Shown: positions 41,028 through 51,980 of the stretch, piece by piece | Position numbering within the stretch: position 1 is the first letter of the stretch | How the letters are laid out: each line of letters begins with the position of its first letter | From: Octopus bimaculoides | Lineage: Eukaryota | Reading direction: 5' to 3' | NCBI RefSeq assembly: GCF_001194135.2 | Contig: NC_069003.1 | Location: forward strand, 1,384,135 to 1,448,134 | DNA: 64,000 nucleotides | Notes under the pieces: generated by a model | The model's input: only the letters and a program-made list of their open reading frames with translations | The model's database searches: none | What the model was told of the DNA's origin: nothing | Made by a program: the position numbers and the translations under genes

Positions 41028-41759
41028 TTCGATTATATTAAACAATTTATGTTAATCTCGTGTTTCTCTCTACTCTTGTACAGTACTAACTATACTTAAA
41101 CCAGAATTTTGTTGACAGTGACTTCGAATTTCAACCACTTAAGCCGCATTTCAACCACATAATTCATCCTAATTTGCATATCATTCTATCTGATACACAG
41201 TTATTGATCTTTCGGTTATATTTTGGTTATATTTTGGTTCAAATAATTCGACCGTTTCTCATCTGTAGATGATAACAGAAGGCATTGTATCTTGTATAAT
41301 AGTAATTCATATAAATTGATAAATATGCAACTATTTTCTTGAAAGAGATATACTGGATATTAATTTTCACCGTTTATGAATAGCTCATAACATTTGACTA
41401 TTTGAATAACCCATTTTCAGATAAACAGTTTAAGAGTCTCAACGAGTTTCGTCATTCGATGCTATGAATCACATTCGCTATCGGATATATATGTATGTTT
41501 TTGGATCTTATCAAGTCGTCTCGGAATATATAGTTCCATTGACTTACATATGTTAACAGCTACTCATAGAGAGCATCCAATTAGTCAGATTAATATGAGA
41601 ATTAACAGTGCAGATATTTAAATTTAGCTGCATCAAATTCCGTGGTCGTTAGCATTCACATATCAATAACATGCAACATCGTATAAATTACAATTTTTAA
41701 TCAAATATTTAATCGCTTATTATTGAATTACAAGATTTCTGACTAAATGTTTTCACATT

Positions 41760-42180
41760 TGTCCTCTGAGATATATGTCAATTATTCCTTCATTATATTC
41801 ATATTTATTCGGCGCAGTTGTTAGGAACTTTCTCGAATTCTTCTTTTCATTATATAGGTTTGGTAATTTCTGGTGGGGATGCTTTGGTCTTGTGCTGCAA
41901 TTAAAAAGTCTTCACTCTCTGCCTTGGGTCCTGAAATTCTCAGCCATTGTTTGGATTTTGCTTTGTCCATTTCTTTTGCGTTTAGCTTAGACCAGCATTT
42001 GTCATGAAGGGGCTTTTCTGGCCATCGTTTTATCATGGCCCGTTGCTGTTCTAGTTTTAGTTTGGATTTAATTTTTTTGTACAGCTTTTGTTGTTTCTTC
42101 TTTTTCTTCATAGTTGTTACGTACTATGACATCCTTTTTGTATTTGTCAGCTTCTTTAAAGACTGAAAACAGCATTTTAA
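41760..42180 (-). mobile_element. R4/Dong-clade retrotransposon internal fragment (region before the CCHC zinc knuckle)
   Basis: ORF 41821-42111: RWPEKPLHDKCW...KQWLRISGPKAESEDFLIAAQDQSIPTRNYQ..IMK (cf. W..KPLHG...GLK.ETEGFLIAAQDQSL.TRNY). Confidence 0.9.
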
Positions 42181-42249
42181 AAAATATTTTGTGCGTGCTT
42201 TGTGGCTATTTATATTCCTGTCGTAGTAGGCGCATTAGGTATGTTAAAA

Positions 42250-42545
42250 TTATACAGACAAATAAATAACAAACACACCAGGACTAGCAAATATATATAA
42301 CACAGAAAATAACACTACTAGGCACTGCACACATCCTACGTTAAACCATGAGAGCATCACAGCAAACCACAGCACATACCCAAGGTACACAGAGCTGCGC
42401 TCGGTAGTGCAGTAAAAACACGCTATAAAAATAAGACTACTGAATAACAACAACAACAACTACAATAATAATAATGATATTAATAATAATTAAATAGAAA
42501 TGATGAAGATGACAACGACGACGACGATGATGTTGATAATAATAA
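42250..42545 (+). mobile_element. R4/Dong-clade 3' end (subfamily B) with AAC/AAT tail
   Basis: TPGLANIYNTQKITLLGTAHILR; 3' UTR nearly identical to 51680-51771. Confidence 0.88.
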
Positions 42546-43226
42546 TAGATTCTGATGCCATTAACAATTCTTTACGTGCTTCCTACGCATGGAACCTCGT
42601 CATCATCCAGGTTGTTCTGTAGAGAAATTTTATTGATTCAGTCACGCACAGCCTTATTAATAAGTCTTTTGTGTCTCAATTAATTAAGAGCAGAACAACT
42701 GTCAGTTTCATGACAGGAACGCAGAAAGTAATAAAAAAAATATGTGGAAACGCACACAAACAAACAAACAATTATACAAATGCATACGCACACATACACA
42801 AACACGCACATACATATATAAATGTGTGTGTGTGTGCTTGGTCGTGCTTGTTTACATATGACTATGTACTTTAATATGTATATAAGAGTATATGTGTAAA
42901 GTGGCATGCACTGACAACAACATACATACAAAAGCCCAAAGCAAAAGAAGTAGACAAGCAAGCATATACGAGTGTATATATGTGTGTGTGTGTGAAAGTG
43001 TGTTGGGCGCGGTGCCATGTAGTCAGGGTTTTCAAGTCCTCAAAATGTGCGGTACGTTGTGTTCTTCATCAAAATATTTCGCATCACGCTGCTGCGAGAC
43101 CATCTCAGCTGACATGTAGCACAGCTTGCTGCTCTGTCCATTTGATGGATGAACTGAACTAATGCACACCTAAGATATAGGATCACTATAAACAATTTTC
43201 CTCAGAAAGAAGGATAGAAAGCACAT

Positions 43227-43269
<43 letters not shown>

Positions 43270-43565
43270 ATAGTTATTGGGAAAAGAACCAAGGTTCATG
43301 AAGTCATCGATGAAAATCCACTGTCACATATAGAAAAATTAATAAGTAAAAGCACAATAGATAAGTATAATATAATACAAAGTAAATATCATAAGATAAA
43401 GATAATACAACGACTACACGTGTTTCATAACCAGTTTTCAAATATTTNNNNNNNNNNNNNNNNNNNNNNNNNNNNNNNNNNNNNNNNNNNNNNNNNNNNN
43501 NNNNNNNNNNNNNNNNNNNNNNNNNNNNNNNNNNNNNNNNNNNNNNNNNNNNNNNNNNNNNNNNN

Positions 43566-43605
<40 letters not shown>

Positions 43606-43669
43606 TAACACTCACAGACCCATGTGCGCACACTCACTCGCGCACGCACACACAGACGCATAGAATCTA

Positions 43670-43830
43670 TTCGACGACGGGCTTCTTACACTTTCCTTCT
43701 ACCGACATGGCATTGAAGGACTCGGTATTAGACTGGAAGATATTTACCGAGTGTAGCGAACAGTGAGAATGAGATGTGAAACATAAATTTGGGGATAAAA
43801 TTGCTTACCAGGCAACCACGCCTATATATA
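43670..43830 (-). mobile_element. Old copy of the 60882-type SINE
   Basis: GACGGGCTTCTT...TTTCC.TCTACC...TTGCTTACCAGGCAACCACGCCT matches the family in reverse complement. Confidence 0.55.
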
Positions 43831-44297
43831 CGTTCACACATACACATACACATACACAGACATGCACAGACATGCACACATACACACGCATACAAACTTA
43901 TACGAGAATATGTCTTACATACTCAAGTATTAACATGTAGATGGTGTCGACGAGTACGGTGATGACAATTACGGAGTATATGATGTTGATAATTTCGAAG
44001 ACTTTCTGTGAATTCTGTGATAACAAAATTATATATACTTGAATATACGTGTAGCATAAATTCTATGTATTGTGTATTCAATACCCGCTTGATTATGCTT
44101 AAATGTAGAATATCATGTGTATATCGTGACACTTAGTTTCGTGGTGAAATACAAGATAATTAAACAGGCACACCTATGCAAACAAATTCCTCCAAACACG
44201 CGCGCAAACATACAATTTAAATGTCATTTATATATATATATATATATATATATATGGGTGTGTGAGTGCATATGTGTTTGGGTATGCGTTTTCTGTG

Positions 44298-44352
<55 letters not shown>

Positions 44353-44580
44353 GTATATATGTGTGTACTAATATATATATGTACATACATATATATGCTT
44401 ATGTAATTAGATATGTATGTATGTACCAATGTGTTTCTATACATTAGTTTATACATAAACACAAGCACATATACATATAAATTATTATTATAGTCATTAT
44501 TATTTAGAAATATACTCGTAAATATATATACATATATAAATGCATGTTTACAGAAAAAAACTTGCACATACGTATATATA

Positions 44581-44619
<39 letters not shown>

Positions 44620-44954
44620 ATATGCACATACAAGCATATATAAACCCATAGATAACAGCATATGGAGCATATTTGCGTTTGGATATTTACATATATGATT
44701 GAGCTTTAGAATGGGTGCATATTGATATCCATGCATTTCCATACAGTTAACTAATTGTTTGTCTTTGCATTTCAGAAAATGTTTTTTTTTTTTTGTACAA
44801 GAATTAGAAGTTTATAATGTCACACAACTGCTTTCAAATTTATAGTAATGTTTACGTATACACACACATGTACTTAAATATTCATGTGCATCTGTGTGCT
44901 TGTGTACATGCGTATGAATGTGTATGTGGTAAGTATTCATATATACGTGCCTGT

Positions 44955-44993
<39 letters not shown>

Positions 44994-45179
44994 TGGAGGG
45001 AGAGAGAAAGGGAGAAAGTGTGGAGCAGGTATGAAAACTAGATTTTATTAATTTCGTTAAGGCTTTATTCAAAATATATTCCAAAGTCTAATACATGCAC
45101 TTCTTTATAGAGAAAAACCTCAATTATATTTTCATGCTTTTTTTGAAAACATTTGTTTCTTTTTGCTATTTTACCGATA

Positions 45180-45210
<31 letters not shown>

Positions 45211-45610
45211 GTAAGAAGAAGAAAAAGAAGAAGTTGAGGTAGAAACATTTTTTTTCTCTATTTCGTGCGTAACACATTAGATATAATTGCTTGAAATCAA
45301 AATCGTCGTCTCGAATTTCGAAACACGATTTAAAATTGAATATGGGGACCTAAAGAAGAAGGAGAATAAAATATATATATAAATATATAAATTATAAATG
45401 AAAATTACGTCGAAAAGACGTGAAAGCCTTCTAGACGCCATGTTTCTTTTACAAATTGTAAATTCTGATCGTGTCTTTAAATTGCAAATTGTATCTTAGA
45501 TTCTTATTATAGAAATAAATGTATTGGATTTAATATATTGTAAAATGCTTTTAAATTTCAGGTGCTGGTAGAATTTGCTGTATTTTGTTTTCGAATCGGC
45601 ACCAACATTC

Positions 45611-45728
45611 CCACCACCACCTAGGGCAGTGGCAGCAGCAGCAACAGCGGCACAGCCACGAAAGCCACCACCACCTAACCCTAACCCTAACCCCACTACC
45701 ACTTCTATCAGCAGTAGCAGTAGTAGAG

Positions 45729-45760
<32 letters not shown>

Positions 45761-45936
45761 TGTTGTTAGTTGTGATGGTGTTGCTTTTGAAGTTATAGCA
45801 GTAGCAACAGTAGAATTATTAGCTCTATAGTTGCAGTTTCTGTTTCGCTGTTAATGGCGACGGTGGTGGTGGCTTTCGTGGCTGTGCCGCTGCTGCTGTT
45901 GTTGCTGCTGCTGCCGCTGCCCTAGGGTGGTAGTGG
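45611..45936. repeat. GC-rich inverted repeat, arms of about 65-75 bp
   Basis: 45611-45675 (CCTAGGGCAGTGGCAGCAGCAGCAACAGCGGCACAGCCACGAAAGCCACCACCACC) matches the reverse complement of 45862-45936. Confidence 0.92.
45674..45693. repeat. Short (TAACCC)3 telomere-like repeat
   Basis: CCTAACCCTAACCCTAACCC seen directly. Confidence 0.7.
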
Positions 45937-46006
45937 TGGTGATGGTGGTGCTGGTGGTGTTAGAGCTGCTGCCACCACTACTTCTACTGCTGCTGCTGCC
46001 ACTACT

Positions 46007-46063
<57 letters not shown>

Positions 46064-46176
46064 ACGGTAAAAACAATAATGTAATTATTTCATGAATAAT
46101 ATCTCCTATAAATTGAAACATATTTAACAATGTGGTGCTGCTATTATTATTATTATTGTTATTATTATTATTATTT

Positions 46177-46518
46177 TATGTTTGACTTTTGTTTTGCATT
46201 TGTACAAGTTGGATCCAAGTCTCACCCAGAGACCTCAAGAGACAACAAGTTAGAAGTTCATGTAGGTGTTATGCCTAGGGTACCATATATTTGGATTTGT
46301 ACAGTTTTGTTCAAGTGAATGTTTAAGAAACCATAAGAAAATTATGTTTGCTTTAAAATTTGAGATCACATAGACAGTATTTTACGTAGGATATGGGCAG
46401 TTCCCATGAGCACTATCTTTTGAACTTCAGCCATTTTGGGGTTTCCTGGAATCCGATCTAGGTAGTAATCAGCCCGTTTCGCTGTCATTCCCAGGGCACC
46501 TATGACAACTATGACACC

Positions 46519-46519
<1 letters not shown>
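46177..46519 (-). mobile_element. 5'-truncated R4/Dong-clade retrotransposon (subfamily A) between two (ATT)n tracts
   Basis: VIVVIGALGM...DRIPGNPKMAEVQKIVLMGTAHILRKILSM* without internal stops, then 3' UTR; (ATT)n at 46142-46176 and 46520-46549. Confidence 0.92.
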
Positions 46520-46549
<30 letters not shown>

Positions 46550-46738
46550 GAGTGAGAGAGCAATGCATGCCGTCAAAGTGACTCTGGGGTAGAAATATAC
46601 GAAGCCCATTATACGCATCATGACTACCCGTCTGATAAGGGTACACCAGGCACCCGCATCTCAACCATACCATGTGTTCGCGACATGGTGACTTCATGTC
46701 AAAATAGACAGCGCATGACTTTGCAGGTGAGGCCCTGT
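46550..46738 (-). mobile_element. 3' part of a short dispersed retroelement with (AAT)n tail
   Basis: Recognised from memory as a common octopus repeat (GAGTGAGAGAGCA..CATGCC.TCAAAGTGAC...GATAAGGGTACACCAGGCAC); single copy here. Confidence 0.55.
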
Positions 46739-46769
46739 ATATAAATATATCTATATCTATATATATATA

Positions 46770-46800
<31 letters not shown>

Positions 46801-47343
46801 AGATAGATAGAGGGGGGAGGGAGGGAAAGAGACAGAGATATTGAGAGGGTGCAATATTTGTTTGGTACGATCAATGCAGGATTCGCTAGGTATATTTGAG
46901 CTGAAGTGTAGCAACAAACTTGAGACTTTCCCGTTGGTGTGCTCTTAATAATACTTTGCTATCATAAATGATATTAGGCACGCTGTCCACATATACTCAG
47001 GGATATCGTAGTGTGCAATCAATCTATTTCTATAAAAACCATAGCTTTGACATCTCTTAATACTCATGGCAGAACAAAGGCTCGGAGCACACGAGAGTTT
47101 ATTTCATTTAAGCAAATAAAGAAGATGACGTTCGGGTGGAAACATGATGTCCGTTTCTGTTAGTATTTCTCTTCTCGTAATTTCTAAGTGTCTTCATATA
47201 ACATTGCGTTGTTGATACCAATCAACAACGCAATGTTATATGAAGACACTTAGAAGACTTCAGCGGTTTTCGTTCAATAGAGAAAGCACGGTTGTATGTG
47301 TGCTGATACTTACAGATGCATGTATGGATACGTGTGCATCTGC

Positions 47344-47379
<36 letters not shown>

Positions 47380-47693
47380 TATGTGCGGATATATGCATCA
47401 GACATACAGACATATATATTTGTATAAATACATATATATAAATATACATATACATCTAACTACCCTTGGTTAAGTGTGTGAATAACACCTACATTGTTAC
47501 AAATAGGAGCTAAATGCGCCAGTGCTGTTACAAAACACATGACATTCGAATATTTCAGCTCCTATTTCTAGCAATGTAGGTGTTATTCACACGCTTTCTC
47601 AAGTTTAGTTCAGGACTATAATTTCATTTACAGTATAACGTTGCAAACAACAGTTTTTATTATTTTATATATATATTTATTGTATATAATTTC

Positions 47694-47764
<71 letters not shown>

Positions 47765-49099
47765 TTATATACATACAAGAAACTAAAGAAGGAAAATGCA
47801 CAGACTTTACATAGTTTTAATATAATTCTTAATATCTCTTGAACTATTATGCCATACAAATATTATACCATTTTCAACATCGTTCCCTTGCTTTTCCATG
47901 CGCTTCTCCCACTTGACTACGAGATTGCTCAGTTTTTCTGCTGAGGCATTAGTCTTCAGTTATACTGTCGCTGGCGTTCCCAGGTTTTCCCAACCCTTGC
48001 ACTGCTTCAAACCTGCGGTGATTTTAAAACCCTCCCAAAATTTTCCGGTTAGCGACCCCTGTTCTTGCGTGTCCTCCTGGGGCTACACGCTACAGTAGCA
48101 TCCAACCTTATGGGTTAGCCACATTAAAGTGGCAAATATACTTCACGACGTCGTGCAGCTACTGTTTATACCTCGTTCAGAGATTTATTATATGTATATA
48201 TACTTGTGTATGCATACACATGTATATTTATATAATCTGTATTTATCTACATATTTATATATATGTATACATACACATATATATGCATATATATGTGTGT
48301 ATATATGTGTGTATAATATGCTTGTGCGTGTGTGGGAGGTGCGTACGTGTGTGTATATATATATATATGATTTATATATAAGTAGGTGAAGCATGAAACA
48401 TAGTTATTTAGATATTTTTTTTTTATTACAGCTCTCCAGAGAATTATGAAAAATAGAACATAAAATTTTCTATATAATGAGCAAGGCTTACTGATTTCAC
48501 ATTGTGTGGCGAAGAAATGCTATTGTGAGATATATTGTATTATTGAGAGCTGTTTGTACAAAACAATTTGCACTCTATATTTTGCGCTAAATTTTAAGGA
48601 TGTGATTGCATACAAGATTCGCCGTCCGTTCTGCCATTCTATTGGGGGAGTCATGTAGAATATGTTTTCTGTAAGCTAAATTATAGTCTTGTAGAATTAG
48701 ATACATTACGAAGAAATGATTGTATGCTATTGAATGTATGCTATATCAGTTGTACCATACGATTCAGAAGAGAACGTGAGAAAATGATAGAAATGACAAA
48801 CTGTCGGTTGTAATACATTTCCGCATTTGTTTCGTCTCTCTGCACTTTGTGTTAAAACTGAACGGATATGTACCGTTGCGGGACTTGGTACTACCCCGTA
48901 TCTCTGGTGGCTGTCGTTTGGAGTTGTATCGTTGGTTGCCGCTCATTTGGATATCTTTACTGGCCTGGTGAGATGAGACATTTCTGAATATGCCGCTGCT
49001 AGATTTCCGAAAGAGTCAGCCCCCAGGAAGGCACTAAGAAAAATTTCCGAGGATATAATCCGTCAGCAGGATTCTGCAGGCGAGGCTGTACAATCCTCA

Positions 49100-49520
49100 A
49101 AATGATTGTGCAGATTATATGCTTTGTATGTTGCATTGTACAGCATTAATTCACCAATGTATCGAATACGAGATATCTATTTTGTGTTAATGAATGAATA
49201 AGGTTCCTCGTGTAATATTATTTGGAGGTCATTTTATAGACTGTAATATGTTTTATAGTTTGGTTTAGGAGTCGGAGGTGATTGGATTAATTGCGTTCTG
49301 TGTTCGTTATGATATAGTAATGCAGCAACGCTGCGGAAGTATACGTGCTGCATAAGACGATATAATTTTTTGAATTGATCGTGTAGAACATGCCGTATGG
49401 GAGTTGTATTAAATCATTGAGAATGTACTGCGTAGATTATTTTATGTGTGGATTGTTTTATTGCATTATTGGGATGAAATTGTGCGTGAAGTTGTGAGAC
49501 TTGCCATAGCTTTTATGTTT
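49100..49520 (-). mobile_element. Decayed Penelope-like element (RT-to-GIY-YIG linker and YIG motif)
   Basis: ACSTRSIQKIISSYAARIL at about 49337-49395 (cf. SYSC..N...IISSHN.RIL), followed downstream by RYIGE at 49150-49164. Many stops. Confidence 0.45.
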
Positions 49521-50784
49521 GGAAACGCGTTTTGTTTTACAATATCCATTGCAGCGATTATGACTAATATAATATTAATTTCTTAAACTTCACTGTGGAC
49601 ATTTTTATCGGAGGTGTTATATGTATGTATTAATATTAATAAGATAATTTCTATATAAAACCATTTATATACTCCATGTTCTTGCATTTATGGATGCTTT
49701 ACAGAGCAAAATATACTGAACTATAATATATGTATGCGTAGGTATGTGCGTGTGTGAGTGCTAGAGCTCATATGTTTGTATGTGTGTGATGTTATATCTA
49801 TGTGAAGAAAAATATGTTAACCGATTTAATGTTTTGTTTTCGTATTCACCAACTGCTCATCGGCTCGGATGGAGAACAATGATGGCATCGGATTTTTCCA
49901 CCGTTCTTACGATAAACTCTACGGCTCTTTCTAATACAAATACTGTTACGATGACAGCTACTTATAGTTCCGCTCTAACTACTTCGGATGTTGTTGTTTT
50001 CGTTGTTGTTATTAACAGTAGTAGTAATAACGGTTGTGGTTTTTGTGGTGACGATACCACGAAGAAGATCATAATAACAAGAAGAAGAAGAAAGAGAAGA
50101 AGAAGAAGAAGAAAGAGAAGAAGGCGAACACGGAAGAACACACGTAACATTGGATTGAATAACAACAGAGTTCACCAGTAAAGCGTAGCTCATAAAATAT
50201 TCATTAATATCGATAAATTATTATGCATAAAAATATTGGAAGCAGTGAGCGAGCAAGGTTCTAGATTGCCGTAAACTTCCAAATCAGTGCCCAACGCAAA
50301 TGATGACAACATCAATAACGTGCTAGGTTTTATTCTTCTATTTTGGTAAGTAAAACTGTATAGACATAAATACACGCGAGGATAATACGTTTGCATACGA
50401 CATTCATATTTACAGCTTTACTCTCTTCCTGGAACGAAGCGAGCTCAGGCAATATTTACGTTTATTATCCAGAAAGAGAATAAACCTGGTATTAAAGTAA
50501 GTTTGGATTACAAGCGATTAGCTAATCCAAGAAGGTATACACGTGAGCCTCAGAAGATATCAGCCTTGCTGAAATATGGAGTGCATCTAGACAAATAATG
50601 GTAAAGAAAAACGAAAATATAAAATAAAGTGACAATGATTAAATTAGGAACATCGAGGACAAAAATGACACAATATGTCTGACGTCTTTTACGAGTTTCA
50701 AATATAAGAGGATAGTCATTGGATTTCGGTCATGATGAAGCAAGACTCGGAGGAGTTTGTAGTCAAACTAATGGACCCGTGTGC

Positions 50785-50920
50785 GTCTTTTAAGCCCGAG
50801 GTCAACTTTGCCTTTCATTATTTCGGAGTCGATAAACTACGTACCAGTTGCGTGCTGGGGTCGATCTAATCGACTGGCCTGCTCCCACAAAATTTCGGGC
50901 CTTGTGCCTAGGTTAGAAAA
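50785..50920 (+). mobile_element. SINE body with a third 3'-tail variant
   Basis: CCGAGGTCAACTTTGCCTTTCAT...GTCGATAAA...CTGGGGTCGATCTAATCGACTGG...CCTTGTGCCTAGGTTAGAAAA. Confidence 0.8.
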
Positions 50921-50944
50921 TATTATATATGTAAGTACACACCA

Positions 50945-51106
50945 CACATTTACTCACACACAAACAGCACAGCCGACAACTGATGAAGGGTCGTTCCTTG
51001 TGTTACCTGTCTTGTTTTCCATTTGTTTCTCTCGTTGCTAGCATACCCAAGCTTACCTCGTATCTCATGTTGTTTACGTTTTCTGACGTCCTGTAGTCAT
51101 ATATGC

Positions 51107-51110
<4 letters not shown>
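50945..51110 (+). mobile_element. Short dispersed repeat with partial hammerhead-like motif, ending at (TA)n
   Basis: GACAA-CTGATGA-AGGG-TCGT-TCCT...ACCT-GTC-TTGTT; tail shared with 39630-39720. Confidence 0.45.
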
Positions 51111-51141
<31 letters not shown>

Positions 51142-51626
51142 TTTATATATATATATATACATACATACATGTATATAAAGGTTTATGAGTATTTGTTCCC
51201 AGTATGTTTATTATTGTGAACTTTGTCTCTTATATGATGCTGGTGTATGTATACATCGTGTACAAGTATGTTATTATGTGTACACCATGATAATTGTGGA
51301 TGTTTTAGACTATTGTAGCTAGCGACTATTTAGGAACATAATTTCCTATTCAAAGTGTTGACCTCTGAGAAGTAGCATGACCTGTAACAAAATATTGACA
51401 ATTGTCATATGAACTGTAAATAACATTCGAATTTCTTAACGTAGAAACGTAATTTCCAGCACAGCGTTTCTACATATCCTTATATTCACGTCTGGAAATT
51501 TTCACCTTTATTTTGCTATATCAATTCGGGACTGAAGCCAAATATAACAAAAGCATATTGAAGGCAAAACAGAAGGAAATGTATTTTGAAAGCAAATCGA
51601 AATAATAATAATAATAATAACAACAA

Positions 51627-51771
51627 TATTGGCACTGCACACATCCTACGCAAAAAACATTCAATACATTAACCATAAGAGCATCACAGCAAGCCACAGC
51701 ACATACCCAAGGCACACAGAGCTGCGCTCGGTAGTGAAGTGAAAGCACATTATAAGAATAAAACTACTGAA
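51627..51771 (+). mobile_element. Extremely 5'-truncated R4/Dong-clade copy (subfamily B) inside (AAT)n
   Basis: GTAHILRK then 3' UTR matching 42340-42447; (AAT)n at 51601-51620 and from 51776. Confidence 0.9.
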
Positions 51772-51864
51772 TGTTAATAATAATAATAATAATAATAGTG
51801 ATAATAATAATAATAAGAAGAAGAAGAAGAATATGGATTCAATACCACCCATTCTGAAAAAAAA

Positions 51865-51980
51865 AACATCGGAAAACCTTAGAAATACCTTACAATCTAG
51901 ACGTGTTGCATTAGTCGGCATTACTTTGAAGTGCACGCATACTAGGTAAAGTATTATCTTTCTGAGGCCCTTGTTGTGAG
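51865..51980 (+). mobile_element. Old R4/Dong-clade 3' end (subfamily C)
   Basis: KTLEIPYNLDVLH*SALL*SARILGKVLSF* (cf. LQKSALLGTARILRKVLS). Confidence 0.7.

Noticed and set aside
45561-45830. Poly-Q/H/A/S ORFs after a TTTCAG acceptor
   Set aside because: Explained by triplet repeats and the inverted duplication; open on both strands with no recognisable domain.
49040-49075. Hammerhead-like trace on the minus strand beside the Penelope-like relic
   Set aside because: Needs a 4-nt deletion and an insertion to restore the core; no stem I or III support.
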